36,362 nucleotides of DNA from Sanchytrium tribonematis (GCA_018985235.1 JADGIG010000034.1:1-36362); one strand, 5' to 3'; shown: positions 1 through 10,470, counted from the first letter of the stretch. Numbers and translations are program-made. Notes: generated by a model from the sequence alone, not told the origin.

Positions 1-46
1 CGTCGACTGCAGACTGAGCGAACGCTAGTGCGACCAAAAATGACAT
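1..46 (-). CDS. 5' start of a probable secreted protein running off the window edge (MSFLVALAFAQSAVD...)
   Basis: ATG at 46-44, frame open to position 1. Short hydrophobic signal peptide with an A-F-A cleavage motif. CCAATCA at 110-116 upstream. Confidence 0.55.
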   Translation of the reverse strand, partial: MSFLVALAFAQSAVD

Positions 47-531
47 TTCGTTTACGAGCTGCTCTGTTTCTTTTTAATTAATTGCATCACTTGCCTTGAG
101 GTATTTGTGCCAATCAAAATGATGCAAACATATTTGCAAGATTAACATTATGGTTTGAAATATAGCGGTCAAAAATTTGTATTCTATTTTTTACCAAGTT
201 TTGCAAGTCATTTTTTGCCTGTTTTGGTTTTCGCGAAACTTCAAAATTATTCTGCAACTGATATTTATACATGCTTAATAATAATCTTTTTAAAGATGAA
301 CCTTTGTTACAACTTACGAAGCAATGTTTTACTAAGACCATTGTATTTGCAAGCGGGTCATGTAATTTATAATTTTCAACTACTGAATAAATTATTAGAG
401 ATTTGATTTCTGCAGCGTTTGGACTAAAGATATGACACTCTTAACGTTTGTCACACGTTGACAATTTTGCCATTCAACAATGGTCTGATATTGTAAAACG
501 TCAAAAACGGAGAGGATGTGTCACAAGGGCA

Positions 532-550
532 CCAATCAGTCTCTATATAA
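532..550 (+). promoter_or_regulatory. CCAAT box (CCAATCA 532-538) and TATA box (TATATAA 544-550) of STE12
   Basis: Canonical motifs 54 and 42 nt upstream of ATG 586. The same CCAATCA spacing recurs at other genes. Confidence 0.55.
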
Positions 551-585
551 AGACGTTATAAAGTCTCCCCTCCCCTTCTACATCG

Positions 586-1893
586 ATGTCAGTGACTACA
601 CATGAAGCTCCGCAACAACTAACTCCTACAGCTGTCAGTGCCGAATCTGTCGAAAGATTGCGATACTTTCTGGCAACAGCCCCGTTAAATTGGCAGCCGC
701 AAGAAAGTATTAGAAGACATTTGTTACCAAATGGCGAATATGTCAGTTGTGTACTATGGGAAAACACTTTTCACATTTCTGGAACTGATATAATAAGAAT
801 TTTGATTTATAGATTTCATGCATATGGGCGACCTGTACAAAACATCAAGAAGTTTGAAGAAGGTGTATTTTCAGATTTGAGAAATTTGAAAGTGGGAGTA
901 GATGCCAGATTAGAGGAGCCCCGATCCCCGCTACTGGAGTTACTATATAAACACAATTGTGTCCGTACTCAGAAAAAACAAAAGGTGTTTTTTTGGTACT
1001 CAGTTCCTCATGACAGATTGTTTGTCGATGCTCTTGAACGCGATTTGAAAAGGGAGGCATTAGGTATTCAACCAACAACAATCCCAATTCATCCACCTCC
1101 TCCACTTCCTATGATCTTAGGACCCCCAAGATCACCAAAGCAAATAGAAGAAGACAAAATGAACAATCAATACAAAGAATCAGATGAGAATAGCAATGAA
1201 ATGCACGGGGTATCAGCCTTAAACGGAGAATCAGGTGAGCAACCTCAACTTACATTTCAGGCGCCTCCAATGGACTTTTACAATGATCCTCTTATGATGA
1301 TGTCACCTCCGCAGCAGGGTGAAATGATTGCAAATATGAATATGATATTAAGTAATCAGGGTCCAGCTGTTCCTGTGCCGGTGAATGAGAAAGATAAGCA
1401 AGACTCAAAAAATGAAGACTTGGACATGCATTCTAACATGGAATCGCCAGAAGGGACTCCAAATCAAAAAGCATTGGATGCCATGGCCGATCTTCCTTTT
1501 CCTGAGTTTAGCCCCCCAATTAGTGACCCTGGTATGGATTTAAAGCATAGTTCTCCTTTCAACCTTCCGGCACAAGCTTACACAATGGATGATTCTTATT
1601 TGTACATGGGCGCATTACCTCCATCAGCAATGGCTCATAGCTATCCCATGACCCAATTTGAATGGAAAAATGACACTGAAGAAAGGCCATTCCAGTGCTC
1701 TTGGGAAGGCTGTGGTAAACGCTTTAAACGCTTCGAGCATGTTAAGCGACATGAAAGGATTCATAGTGGTGAAAAACCATATTCATGTCCTTATAGTGGC
1801 TGTGAAAAAAGATTTAGCAGAAGCGACAATCTCCAGAATCATATTAGAGTTCATCAAAAACAAGAGAAAAAGGCGCAATTGCAACGAAAGTAG
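586..1893 (+). CDS. STE12: Ste12-like transcription factor (STE domain plus two C-terminal C2H2 zinc fingers)
   Basis: [72 protein letters not shown]. Two C2H2 fingers linked by HSGEKPY. Confidence 0.97.
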   Translation: MSVTTHEAPQQLTPTAVSAESVERLRYFLATAPLNWQPQESIRRHLLPNGEYVSCVLWENTFHISGTDIIRILIYRFHAYGRPVQNIKKFEEGVFSDLRNLKVGVDARLEEPRSPLLELLYKHNCVRTQKKQKVFFWYSVPHDRLFVDALERDLKREALGIQPTTIPIHPPPPLPMILGPPRSPKQIEEDKMNNQYKESDENSNEMHGVSALNGESGEQPQLTFQAPPMDFYNDPLMMMSPPQQGEMIANMNMILSNQGPAVPVPVNEKDKQDSKNEDLDMHSNMESPEGTPNQKALDAMADLPFPEFSPPISDPGMDLKHSSPFNLPAQAYTMDDSYLYMGALPPSAMAHSYPMTQFEWKNDTEERPFQCSWEGCGKRFKRFEHVKRHERIHSGEKPYSCPYSGCEKRFSRSDNLQNHIRVHQKQEKKAQLQRK

Positions 1894-1947
1894 ATTTTAA
1901 GTAAATGATTTAATTTTTAGAGTTTTTTTGACGATGTGGCTTGCTAA

Positions 1948-3580
1948 ATGTCCAACAGAAAAGGGTTTGTGCATCATGATGCAACATCTCCAAAAGAATC
2001 GGAAATAACTACCTATACAGAAAATACCACTACTCAATCGGTTCCTTCGCTGCGCGTCAAAGCAATTTCATTATCATTTATTGACCCACAAATGGAAAAA
2101 GGGTTTAAAAAATGGACTCTCCAAAAGTACGACAGATTTCACGTTTTTTTATACGCTATGATATTGATTTGGGTGTCTTTGTTATTTATATTTGATTATT
2201 TGGAACACGGTTTCGTAAGCCCAAATTATTTTAGAATTGGTTACTATGCTATTGCACTTATTGGGATTTTAGTTACAAAATTGACAACCAAGCATAATGA
2301 TTTTGTGGCTATAATTCTAATAACAATATTGCTCGTGTTATCTACAGGTGATGATGTCACAACATTCAATTCACTTTCTGATTTCTCAAGTTTGGAGTCG
2401 AATTGGTTTCCGATGCTAGTAATTCTCCATGCCAGCCTAAGTCTTATACACTCCCGTTCGTGGTTATATTTATTGATAGTTCCGACTTGCTACTTTGTAA
2501 GTTATTGTATTTCAAGATCATTTTTCCACACAAACAAGGTAAATTTGATTGATTTAGAATTGGTTAGACACTCAAACATTATGGTTATTATTAATGATAT
2601 TTTGCACAAGTGTGTCTGGTATGGTCGGTCAATTTCAACAACATTACCTAACAAGAAGTCTTTTTCGAGAGGAACGGATGCAAGGAAATCTTGGTGGTCA
2701 AAATAAGAGTGTAAGAAGCGAATACAAGCAGCATCTGCTATCCTTAAAATTCAAAGACAAGTCGCTGGAAAAAAAGTATTTGGCAACAAGATGGAGAGAA
2801 ACTATATTGACTAATAGACGATATTCAGCTTTCTTAGTATTGAATGCTGCGATTAGCATCATCTATGAACATTTTTGGAAATTTAATGATACCACAGTTT
2901 TAATGTACCGGTGTTTATTTCATGGCTTACCATTAATTGTATTAATGGCTGCCATTTATTTTATAAATCATACCAAAGAGCAAGAATTGAGTAAAAAATC
3001 AATAAGAGTAGCTTGGTTATACTCCGCAGTGAGAGAAAAAGTGGTTAATTACTATAGAATAACACAAGTCGGTTTACTTTTAGTATTTCTCAGCATATTA
3101 TCTGTTTATATACATCTAACTACATCTCAAAAAGATGCCCCGTTTGAGAGCGTTTTGATGCTTGTATATCTGCAATTCTGTGTTTCCACGCGATTTGGGA
3201 CTTCATACTTTCTTTTTGGAACAGCTGTACTTTTGATACAAAGCGTTGCAGTTTCGTTCTTTAGACCTGATGTTTCTAATTATGTTGTTGGAATTTTATT
3301 TAGTGCTGTAAATGCAATGATATTTATTAGATTAACTGCTTTAAAGAGAAGAAAGCTTTTTATGTTTGAGTCTTCAGAACAACATGGACTATTTACCCAA
3401 TTAGATACTCAAGTAAAAAGCATTGAGACTTTATCCACTGAATATAGACAGAGTTACGCTTCTAGTAATTTGAGCAAAGGCAATTTGAAAACTTCGTCAA
3501 ACACAAATTCAACTTTATCAAGCTCATCTGGTACAAGCTACAAATTTATGGAAAATGTCTTGAGTCTATATAGTGAATAA
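1948..3580 (+). CDS. Two-exon 537-aa polytopic membrane protein (2 x 6TM, adenylyl-cyclase-anchor-like, no catalytic domain); exons 1948-2538 and 2558-3580
   Basis: Removing the 19-nt intron fuses the 252-aa and 328-aa ORFs (HTNK|NWLDTQTLWLLLMIFC). Duplicated SLxFxDxx[ML]EKx[FY] motif precedes each hydrophobic block. Confidence 0.8.
2539..2557 (+). other. 19-nt spliceosomal intron GTAAATTTGATTGATTTAG
   Basis: GT-AG, phase 0. Its length (3n+1) is exactly the frame shift between the overlapping ORFs. Confidence 0.85.
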
Positions 3581-3665
3581 ATCTGTAATAGCTTAAAATT
3601 GGCCTGAAAGCCAATCACAGGATTTTCTCGTTCCTTTAAATCAAATCCCGAAAAGATCAATCCAA

Positions 3666-4250
3666 ATGAGCGTCTTTTTTATATCTATATTGGTTTTTGC
3701 AAGTATAGCTGACATTGATCCTAGTACATGGATGGATCCGTCTACCAAATCATCCTCATCTACTGGCCAACCCAGTACTAGTGTTCAACAAATTCCGGCG
3801 CCTTCCGATTCCCAGAAACCAACAGAATCGGCTAAATCAGGAAACAGCAACTCCACAACTGCAGCAAGCTTGTCTTCATCAAGCAGCTCAGGAGGAGCTT
3901 TACAAACTGAGTCCAATGATCAAAGTTCGTCAACAACAACGATTTCTATAATCGTAGGCTGTGCAGTTGCAGTATTATTTGGAATCGCGATCACATTTGT
4001 CTGTTGGAAAAGAAAGCGACAGGCTAGTAATCAAATAGAATTTGGAAATAAATTCGACACTCCGACATCAGCCAATTCAGATATTCCGCAGTGGAAAAGA
4101 TTTCCTTCGACTTACAATAATGTCGACGAACAAGGGTCAGTTTCTCAAATACAGTCCATTGCAGGAAAATCCGATTTTGGTGATTCCGTTTTCCGATCAA
4201 GACAATATGAATTCGAGGATTTTAATTCAATATACATGAGGTCAGGTTAA
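3666..4250 (+). CDS. Single-pass type I membrane protein with Ser/Thr-rich ectodomain (Mid2/Wsc-like architecture)
   Basis: Signal peptide, S/T-rich stalk, TM IIVGCAVAVLFGIAITFVCW followed by KRKR. Confidence 0.75.
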   Translation: MSVFFISILVFASIADIDPSTWMDPSTKSSSSTGQPSTSVQQIPAPSDSQKPTESAKSGNSNSTTAASLSSSSSSGGALQTESNDQSSSTTTISIIVGCAVAVLFGIAITFVCWKRKRQASNQIEFGNKFDTPTSANSDIPQWKRFPSTYNNVDEQGSVSQIQSIAGKSDFGDSVFRSRQYEFEDFNSIYMRSG

Positions 4251-4338
4251 AGACACAAGTATGTATCATTTTTCGTTTCAGAGCCTCTAATGAAATCATA
4301 GTTTCCCGTAATACAACTGGAGTAAAAGGGTAAAACGT

Positions 4339-4830
4339 ATGACTGACGGAAGATCTAAGGAACCAAAATGTTGTTGTTGCGGAGTTAGAATCGGGCTAGG
4401 TATTTTATTCGTACTATCATTGATTTTCGGAATTTTAGGATTAGTTGGACGAAATTATGGACAAGGTGCCTGTATGGTTGTTGGTGGACTAGTAGGGCTC
4501 TTTGCCGTAGTCAAAAAGAGCGTTAAAGCAGCTACATTTACATTATATTTCTTCATCTTAACGCAATTAATTTCTGTTGCATTTGGAATTTATTACATTA
4601 CAACAATTGGAAGTGCTGTTGATGCTGCTATCGATGATGCTAAAAAGAACAATGATAACACTGACTTATCTCCGGATCAAATTGAGTCATTGCGAGGTGC
4701 GACGAAGTCATACTACTACGCTATTTACATTATAGGTTTGGTGATTAGTGTCATCATTACTATATTAGTTTCGGAGAGAATGATTGCTTTCAGAAAGTGG
4801 CTTAAGACTAAAAGAAGTACCTACACTTGA
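4339..4830 (+). CDS. Small 4-TM membrane protein with N-terminal CCCC motif
   Basis: KCCCCGVRIG followed by four hydrophobic helices; AATAAA directly after the TGA. Confidence 0.75.
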   Translation: MTDGRSKEPKCCCCGVRIGLGILFVLSLIFGILGLVGRNYGQGACMVVGGLVGLFAVVKKSVKAATFTLYFFILTQLISVAFGIYYITTIGSAVDAAIDDAKKNNDNTDLSPDQIESLRGATKSYYYAIYIIGLVISVIITILVSERMIAFRKWLKTKRSTYT

Positions 4831-4958
4831 ATAAATTATTGAAAAACGATTGAATTGTATACAAGCATTTTGTTTTTCACAAATTTGATTTTTTTCCTGT
4901 TATCCAATCAAGATACATTTCAAGTCTTGAAAAGAATCACGGTTCTCTCCAAACGAAA

Positions 4959-5621
4959 ATGATCTTTGTTGGTGGATTGAGTGCCCTAGCTACATTAGAT
5001 CAAGTTCACGATTTTATACAAACTGTGTCGCCTAATCAGGATATTCGAAATTGGGACAACTCGTTACAAGATAAGGTTGAGAAATTAACGGAATCTGGAA
5101 TTGCTGACTCATCAGTATCCACTACCAATACCACAGTACCTGCAAGTACCACGTCTACTGATGTTTCTGAACCGACGCCGACAGTTGCTGTGTCGACTGA
5201 ACAAGATAGTGGTGGACAGGATAGCCAAAACAATGGTGATGATTCTAACAGCTCCAACAGCAGCTACAATACCTATTATGTGGTAGGAGGTGGTTGTGGC
5301 GCTGTTGTACTTGGGGGAGTTGTCGTATTTTATCTACATCGTAGAAAAAAAGCAGAAAAAGATATTTCTGGAGTTACCAGCGATTCGTCCTATTCTTCTG
5401 ATGTTGAGGAAAATGAAAGCAGAGTCACGCCAACACTTTATATGAGTGACGAGGAGCTGCAAAATTGTTCTGCTCGAAGTTCGATTTTGAGAAATGAGTA
5501 TCTCAATACTGACTCAATTATGGAAGGAAGTGTTTACTCCGAAGTTTCTGGAGTGGCAAGATACTCAAGCATATCTGAACCCTACTCAATATATTCTGAA
5601 AATTTATCTTCTGATGCTTAA
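4959..5621 (+). CDS. Single-pass type I membrane protein, S/T-rich ectodomain, S/Y-rich acidic tail
   Basis: Short signal peptide, TM YYVVGGGCGAVVLGGVVVFYL followed by HRRKK; CCAATCA 55 nt upstream. Confidence 0.75.
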   Translation: MIFVGGLSALATLDQVHDFIQTVSPNQDIRNWDNSLQDKVEKLTESGIADSSVSTTNTTVPASTTSTDVSEPTPTVAVSTEQDSGGQDSQNNGDDSNSSNSSYNTYYVVGGGCGAVVLGGVVVFYLHRRKKAEKDISGVTSDSSYSSDVEENESRVTPTLYMSDEELQNCSARSSILRNEYLNTDSIMEGSVYSEVSGVARYSSISEPYSIYSENLSSDA

Positions 5622-5670
5622 CAAATGACAAACTCATGCTGCAATAAATCAGGTCTGTTTACGTTGTGTC

Positions 5671-6582
5671 ATGAAACACTTTTTATCAACTATTATTTGC
5701 AGCCACTTATTTTTCGTCCCTGTGCTTTATTTTGGCTTATTCTTTACATCAGCATGGCACTTGGCTATAATTTACATGATTTGGATAATGCTAGATAGGT
5801 CGCCTTTCAAATTTGGGAGGTACAATAATTTCATGAGAAATCTAAGAATTTTCAAAAATTTTGGTGAGTTTTTTTCCAGTGAAATTGTTTGCGATGTGCC
5901 TTTAGAAGATAAGCAGTACATGTTTGCTTATTCACCTCACGGGATAATCGGAACAGGGTCTTTTTTATCGTTCGGAACAAATGCCAACGGATTGACTAAA
6001 TATTACAAACGTCCGGTGAGGGTTTTGACAATCGATTTCAATTTTTACATGCCAATTTTTAGAGATGTATTTATTTTACTAGGTTATTTGAGCTGTAGCA
6101 AAGAAACTATGCAAAAAAATTTGAAAGAAGGCAATTCATTGGTAATTCTACCTGGTGGTGCTCAAGAGGTAACTTACTTTGATAAGAACAACATCAATGT
6201 TATCATAGACAAACGCTATGGTTTTTTTAAATTGGTTATTGAGAATGGAGTAGATCTTGTTCCCGTTTTAGGTTTTGGAGAAAACGATATTCACAGAATT
6301 ATAAATATATCGCATCCAGTCATTGTCAAATTACAATCAATTTTAAAAACTTATTTCGGATTCATGGCGATTCCTTTTATTGGAGAGTATGGCTTTATAC
6401 CATACAACAAAAAATTGACAACAGTTATTGGATCACCTATCTCGGTTAAAAAAAATTCAAAACCACTAGCAAGCGACATAAGATCCCTACAAGAGCAATA
6501 CAAAGCGGAGTTACTACGAGTATTTGACAAATATAAGAGTTTATATGGCTCTCATGTGAAATCTTTAAAGGTGGTAGAATAA
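5671..6582 (+). CDS. DGAT2: DGAT2/MOGAT-family acyltransferase
   Basis: YMFAYSPHGII (HPHG-motif variant), PIFRD, ILPGGAQE, RYGFFKL...DLVPVLGFGEND, TVIGSPI. Confidence 0.9.
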   Translation: MKHFLSTIICSHLFFVPVLYFGLFFTSAWHLAIIYMIWIMLDRSPFKFGRYNNFMRNLRIFKNFGEFFSSEIVCDVPLEDKQYMFAYSPHGIIGTGSFLSFGTNANGLTKYYKRPVRVLTIDFNFYMPIFRDVFILLGYLSCSKETMQKNLKEGNSLVILPGGAQEVTYFDKNNINVIIDKRYGFFKLVIENGVDLVPVLGFGENDIHRIINISHPVIVKLQSILKTYFGFMAIPFIGEYGFIPYNKKLTTVIGSPISVKKNSKPLASDIRSLQEQYKAELLRVFDKYKSLYGSHVKSLKVVE

Positions 6583-6583
6583 A

Positions 6584-7429
6584 TCATTCAAGTTTGAATT
6601 TTTTAGATTTAGATTTATCAGCAATAAGTTCACTTAGCAAAGGTATTCTATAACCTTGCTGAATTCTCTTCCTTTTTCTTGTTTGTTTTTTGGGAATAAT
6701 GTGATTTTCTTTTTGGCCAACTACGGCTTCATAGTAATTTTGAACCGATTCTTGAGAAAAAGAAGGATTCTCTGGGATTCCTTCTACAACATGCGAAAAT
6801 ATTTCAATACTCATGCATTGGGGATGTTTAGCTTGAGCTACCGTGGATGATTCTTCAGCAATGTTGGAGACTGGGATCTGGTCCGACATTAAATTCTCAA
6901 AATTTCTCTGATTAGCAAGCTGGGAGATAGACAGCTTATCAATGTCGATCATGTAATCCAATTGAGATGTGGGAATGACATTGGTCTCTATAGAAGGAAG
7001 CACCTGAGTGAATTCGTCACAGAGCATGTCAAGTTTGCCAAGAGATTCTTGAGGATTGAATATGTTTTGTATTTCGGAAAATCTCTTGTCGTATAGATCG
7101 TTGAGAGTTTCATCTGATCCTTTAAACGTATTGGCAAATGGCATCAACACGTTTGAAAATGACTGTACTCCATTTTCAAATGGAAAAATTTGACAGTGAT
7201 CATCAAATTCGAAACTTGTTTCCATTTTGTCACATGCATAAATGCAAATATGAGGACTTAATTCTTTGATTTGCATTTCAAATGAATTCAACGAGTAAAT
7301 TCCATTTTCCATATCATCTACAAAACAAAAGTATTGCCCATCATAAATTTTGCCGTCTCTAATGTAAACTCTGCATCTAAAACTGTACCTGGTGTTTTGC
7401 CGTAGTAACAAGAATAAAGGTCTCAACAT
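6584..7429 (-). CDS. Hypothetical protein with C-terminal NLS-like basic tract; may extend to ATG 7525; weakly REC114-like
   Basis: 281-aa ORF ending 1 nt from the DGAT2 stop. An upstream 31-codon ORF in the same frame is separated from it only by one TAG. Confidence 0.6.
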   Translation of the reverse strand: MLRPLFLLLRQNTRYSFRCRVYIRDGKIYDGQYFCFVDDMENGIYSLNSFEMQIKELSPHICIYACDKMETSFEFDDHCQIFPFENGVQSFSNVLMPFANTFKGSDETLNDLYDKRFSEIQNIFNPQESLGKLDMLCDEFTQVLPSIETNVIPTSQLDYMIDIDKLSISQLANQRNFENLMSDQIPVSNIAEESSTVAQAKHPQCMSIEIFSHVVEGIPENPSFSQESVQNYYEAVVGQKENHIIPKKQTRKRKRIQQGYRIPLLSELIADKSKSKKFKLE

Positions 7430-7745
7430 CTAAGAATTTGTTACAAGAGCTCCAATGTCAAGCGCATTTTCGACGCCCCATTCAATGAAACGCTGATAAC
7501 CAGTTAGAATGCATTCCAACTGCATAAAGTAGTAATTTCAATTTGCTAGCATAGACTGCATTTCGATTTCCAAAGTTAATTATATGCGTGTATTTGTTTG
7601 CTAAATTTGAATGCAACGCATTTAAATAAGAATATGTTGAAGTTCTAAATAGACGGAAACTTGACAAACCCTGCAGTTTGTAAATATTTAAGCTTAATTT
7701 TCCATAAAATGACTTTTATGCTTGATGACCTTTTTAAAACAATAG

Positions 7746-9869
7746 ATGTTTGTGAGTGTTTACAATCTCTTCGAAATAGCCATAATGGGTATTCAATTTC
7801 TATCACTTACGGCTAGTTACAATGTTGTCTGGAATAACGATTGGATTGGAATTGCTAAAGTTCTTTCTTTTTTTACACAAATCCCGATAACAGAGGATGT
7901 TAGAATTCAGCACGGTTATATTTCTTGCTTATTTCCTTTGGTAATCAGTTTGATTGTTTTATTAACTTTCAAACCTCTTTTTACTGTTTTTAAGGATGTA
8001 GTATCACTCTTTTGTTGGGCAGGACTAGGATTTGGGATATACGAATCAACTTCAAAAGAAAATGTTTCTTTGGGATTCCAGCTAATCAGTATATGTGGAG
8101 CAATATTAGGAATTTTACTCGCTGAAGCCATTATCAAAAAACTTTGGAAAAGGAGAGCAAAAAAGCTTAATCGAGCAGAAAGCTTTGATACCGAGCCAGA
8201 CGATTCAAACAAAAAACCCTTCTGGAAGCAGCTGAGAAATTTATCACTCTCTGGAATATTCATATTTGTTGCAATATTGGCGATCCAGTCCTCACAAAGT
8301 TGGTGGTATATCTTAATATTATTTGCTTGTAGCTCTCTCCTTCTCTACAATTTTATATCTAATTTAGTTCCCAAAGGAAGAGAGTTGAACTCTAAAATCA
8401 ATTATCTTTTCCGAAAGCACACAACAAAAATCATATTAACTATTCTAAGTGCTTTTTATATTCCTTTAACTCTTGATTGCTTACAATTTATCCTGCCTTC
8501 TAAATACCTTCTATATGGAAAGGATATAACTTGCACTTCGAATCAAATAATTAAAATGAAAATGCCCTTTCCTCCAGCCACCTTTGACAGCCTGATGTGC
8601 CTAGAGTCTTTTAACAACAATACTAATCATGTAAGCCTAAAAATGAGCAATTATCATCTTAGTGTTGACTTAAATCAAGAGAGATTTTACCAATCTGATA
8701 CTACCATCCCACTTTATAGTGAGGTGTATCCTTATTTGTTTCCAAGCAGCTTTATTATTTTTGCCCTGGTTTCCATAGGTCTCCCATTTTTATATTACAA
8801 GCTGGTAAATATATGCTATATTTATTTACAAGAATTACCCAAATACAACATTTCTGAGAAAAGTCAGGACTGGGGTGTCGCATCGAAATTATCCTCAAAC
8901 TGTTGCAATTCGCTTTATTGCAATTTGAATGAAAAATTCAAGGATTTTAAATTGATGATGTTGGCTTTTAGACTTTTGGTTGTGATTGTGACAAGTGCGA
9001 CCTATGTCCCAAATATTGAAGGAAACGGATCTCAATATGTATTTATAATATTAGTATTTGTACATTTTGTTATATTAGCTTCAGAAATATATTTTAGGCC
9101 CTTTACGAATTACACGGAGAATTTCTTCCTCTTTGGCTTTCAATTTGTCAATTTGGTGTTTGTAATTTTCGCAACCTTATCGGCATATAGGACAAATCTT
9201 CCAGCTGTCTTACCATTTGTGACTTTAGCTGTTATAATATTGGTGCCTATTCTGGCAATTATTGTAGGATTTTCATATGATCTTTACATTAAAAAGAAAA
9301 AAACTGAAATTGATGCCTCCTTTACTAATGTCGATGCTAGCAAAGTGATTTTGGATTTGGATATGAAGATTGACAAAAAATTACAGTCTCTAGTAGTGTT
9401 CTATTTTGCGACCCTGTATGGATTAATATTTGTAGGTTCTGCTGTGTATTATTATGGTACCACTAAGAATTTCTTCACCTTCAGGTTCTCGAATGGTAGA
9501 ACCAATGGTAACATGGAGGTGACTTTGAAAGAAATGACTAGCTTAGAAGACAAATTTCAATTTGGAAGATCTTGCGAAGATATTTCTATTTTATTGAAAA
9601 ATTGTAACTGTGTTAATATTCCACAAGTATACAAACTCAATAGTACCGAGGTCTGGAAATGTGATCAGGTTGCCTATGCTGATCAACTGCTAATTTTAGA
9701 ACGAACTACAGAAAGTAACTTTATGGATTTAAACTTCAAAATACGCCCATTTTGTTCCAACCAATTTGATACAAACTATTTATTGAGTAACATGACTCTT
9801 CGAAAGGAACCAATTGCAGATTTAGTTAATTTTGATGATTTTAATTCAGAATGGATAAAATTTTGCTGA
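7746..9869 (+). CDS. Large polytopic membrane protein with TRP-like/FLC-type C-terminal TM domain
   Basis: More than 12 hydrophobic helices; SLY...KLMMLAFRLL and YFRPFTNYTEN resemble the LY..Y..WE...RK and PY/F...N motifs. The true start may be ATG 7709 via an intron. Confidence 0.7.
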   Translation: MFVSVYNLFEIAIMGIQFLSLTASYNVVWNNDWIGIAKVLSFFTQIPITEDVRIQHGYISCLFPLVISLIVLLTFKPLFTVFKDVVSLFCWAGLGFGIYESTSKENVSLGFQLISICGAILGILLAEAIIKKLWKRRAKKLNRAESFDTEPDDSNKKPFWKQLRNLSLSGIFIFVAILAIQSSQSWWYILILFACSSLLLYNFISNLVPKGRELNSKINYLFRKHTTKIILTILSAFYIPLTLDCLQFILPSKYLLYGKDITCTSNQIIKMKMPFPPATFDSLMCLESFNNNTNHVSLKMSNYHLSVDLNQERFYQSDTTIPLYSEVYPYLFPSSFIIFALVSIGLPFLYYKLVNICYIYLQELPKYNISEKSQDWGVASKLSSNCCNSLYCNLNEKFKDFKLMMLAFRLLVVIVTSATYVPNIEGNGSQYVFIILVFVHFVILASEIYFRPFTNYTENFFLFGFQFVNLVFVIFATLSAYRTNLPAVLPFVTLAVIILVPILAIIVGFSYDLYIKKKKTEIDASFTNVDASKVILDLDMKIDKKLQSLVVFYFATLYGLIFVGSAVYYYGTTKNFFTFRFSNGRTNGNMEVTLKEMTSLEDKFQFGRSCEDISILLKNCNCVNIPQVYKLNSTEVWKCDQVAYADQLLILERTTESNFMDLNFKIRPFCSNQFDTNYLLSNMTLRKEPIADLVNFDDFNSEWIKFC

Positions 9870-9888
9870 TTAATTTTAATCTATATGA

Positions 9889-10053
9889 ATTGAACATTCA
9901 ACATGCCAAAAGCGATCTATATGTCAGGAACATTTTGTCTTTCAGGAATCAATCTTAAGGCTTAATTGTATGCACATGTTTCACCAAAATTGCATTTCAA
10001 ATTGGATTCAATACAAATACAGCTGTCCAATTTGTTTAGAGCCATGTGAATGA
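9889..10053 (+). pseudogene. RING-H2 zinc-finger fragment without an in-frame start codon
   Basis: Frame reads IEHSTCQKRSICQEHFVFQESILRLNCMHMFHQNCISNWIQYKYSCPICLEPCE*. TGA at 9886 precedes it, and the first Cys ligand position is Arg. Confidence 0.65.
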
Positions 10054-10071
10054 TGGATATCATGTTATTTA

Positions 10072-10329
10072 TTATATTTTCAATAAATAATACCAGTAAT
10101 GAGGAGGCCTAGCCACGTTCTGCAACAAGCCTTGCGATAGCACCTCATAAAAATCATTTAAATTACTGCAGTAGCCTTTCTCCGCACAGTCACTAATAAA
10201 TTTGTCCAGCTGTTTTATTTCCGTATCGTTAAGCCTTGATATTCTCAGAAGTTTCTTTATATCCGTAAGGTAATTGTATGCCATAAATGGATCTGTAAGA
10301 CCATTAACAATGATAACTGTACTGTTCAT
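10072..10329 (-). CDS. Small hypothetical protein (85 aa)
   Basis: ATG-initiated ORF; TAATAAA at its 3' end; no recognisable family. Confidence 0.45.
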   Translation of the reverse strand: MNSTVIIVNGLTDPFMAYNYLTDIKKLLRISRLNDTEIKQLDKFISDCAEKGYCSNLNDFYEVLSQGLLQNVARPPHYWYYLLKI

Positions 10330-10470
10330 GAAGTAACGGGTGCTTTACTCATTAAATACATCAAAAGCGATCTCTCATTCAGACACATCGAAGTCAAATT
10401 GGAAATATCGATTTTTGGTCGGATCGGTCAAATATTAGGTTGGATCGAAAATTTCAGGTAAAATTGAAAG

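Noticed and set aside
114..406. 75-aa and 83-aa overlapping ORFs
   Set aside because: AT-rich divergent promoter region with no recognisable protein features.
2539..2706. Programmed frameshifts or pseudogenes as the explanation for the split ORFs
   Set aside because: Each break has a GT...YTNATKWAG segment of the exact length needed, and no slippery sites are apparent.
7430..7432. Stop-codon reassignment (TAG/TAA to Gln, as in some aphelids) to explain interrupted ORFs
   Set aside because: Long conserved genes have no in-frame TAA/TAG, and TAA, TAG and TGA all end genes at expected positions. The main breaks are explained by introns.
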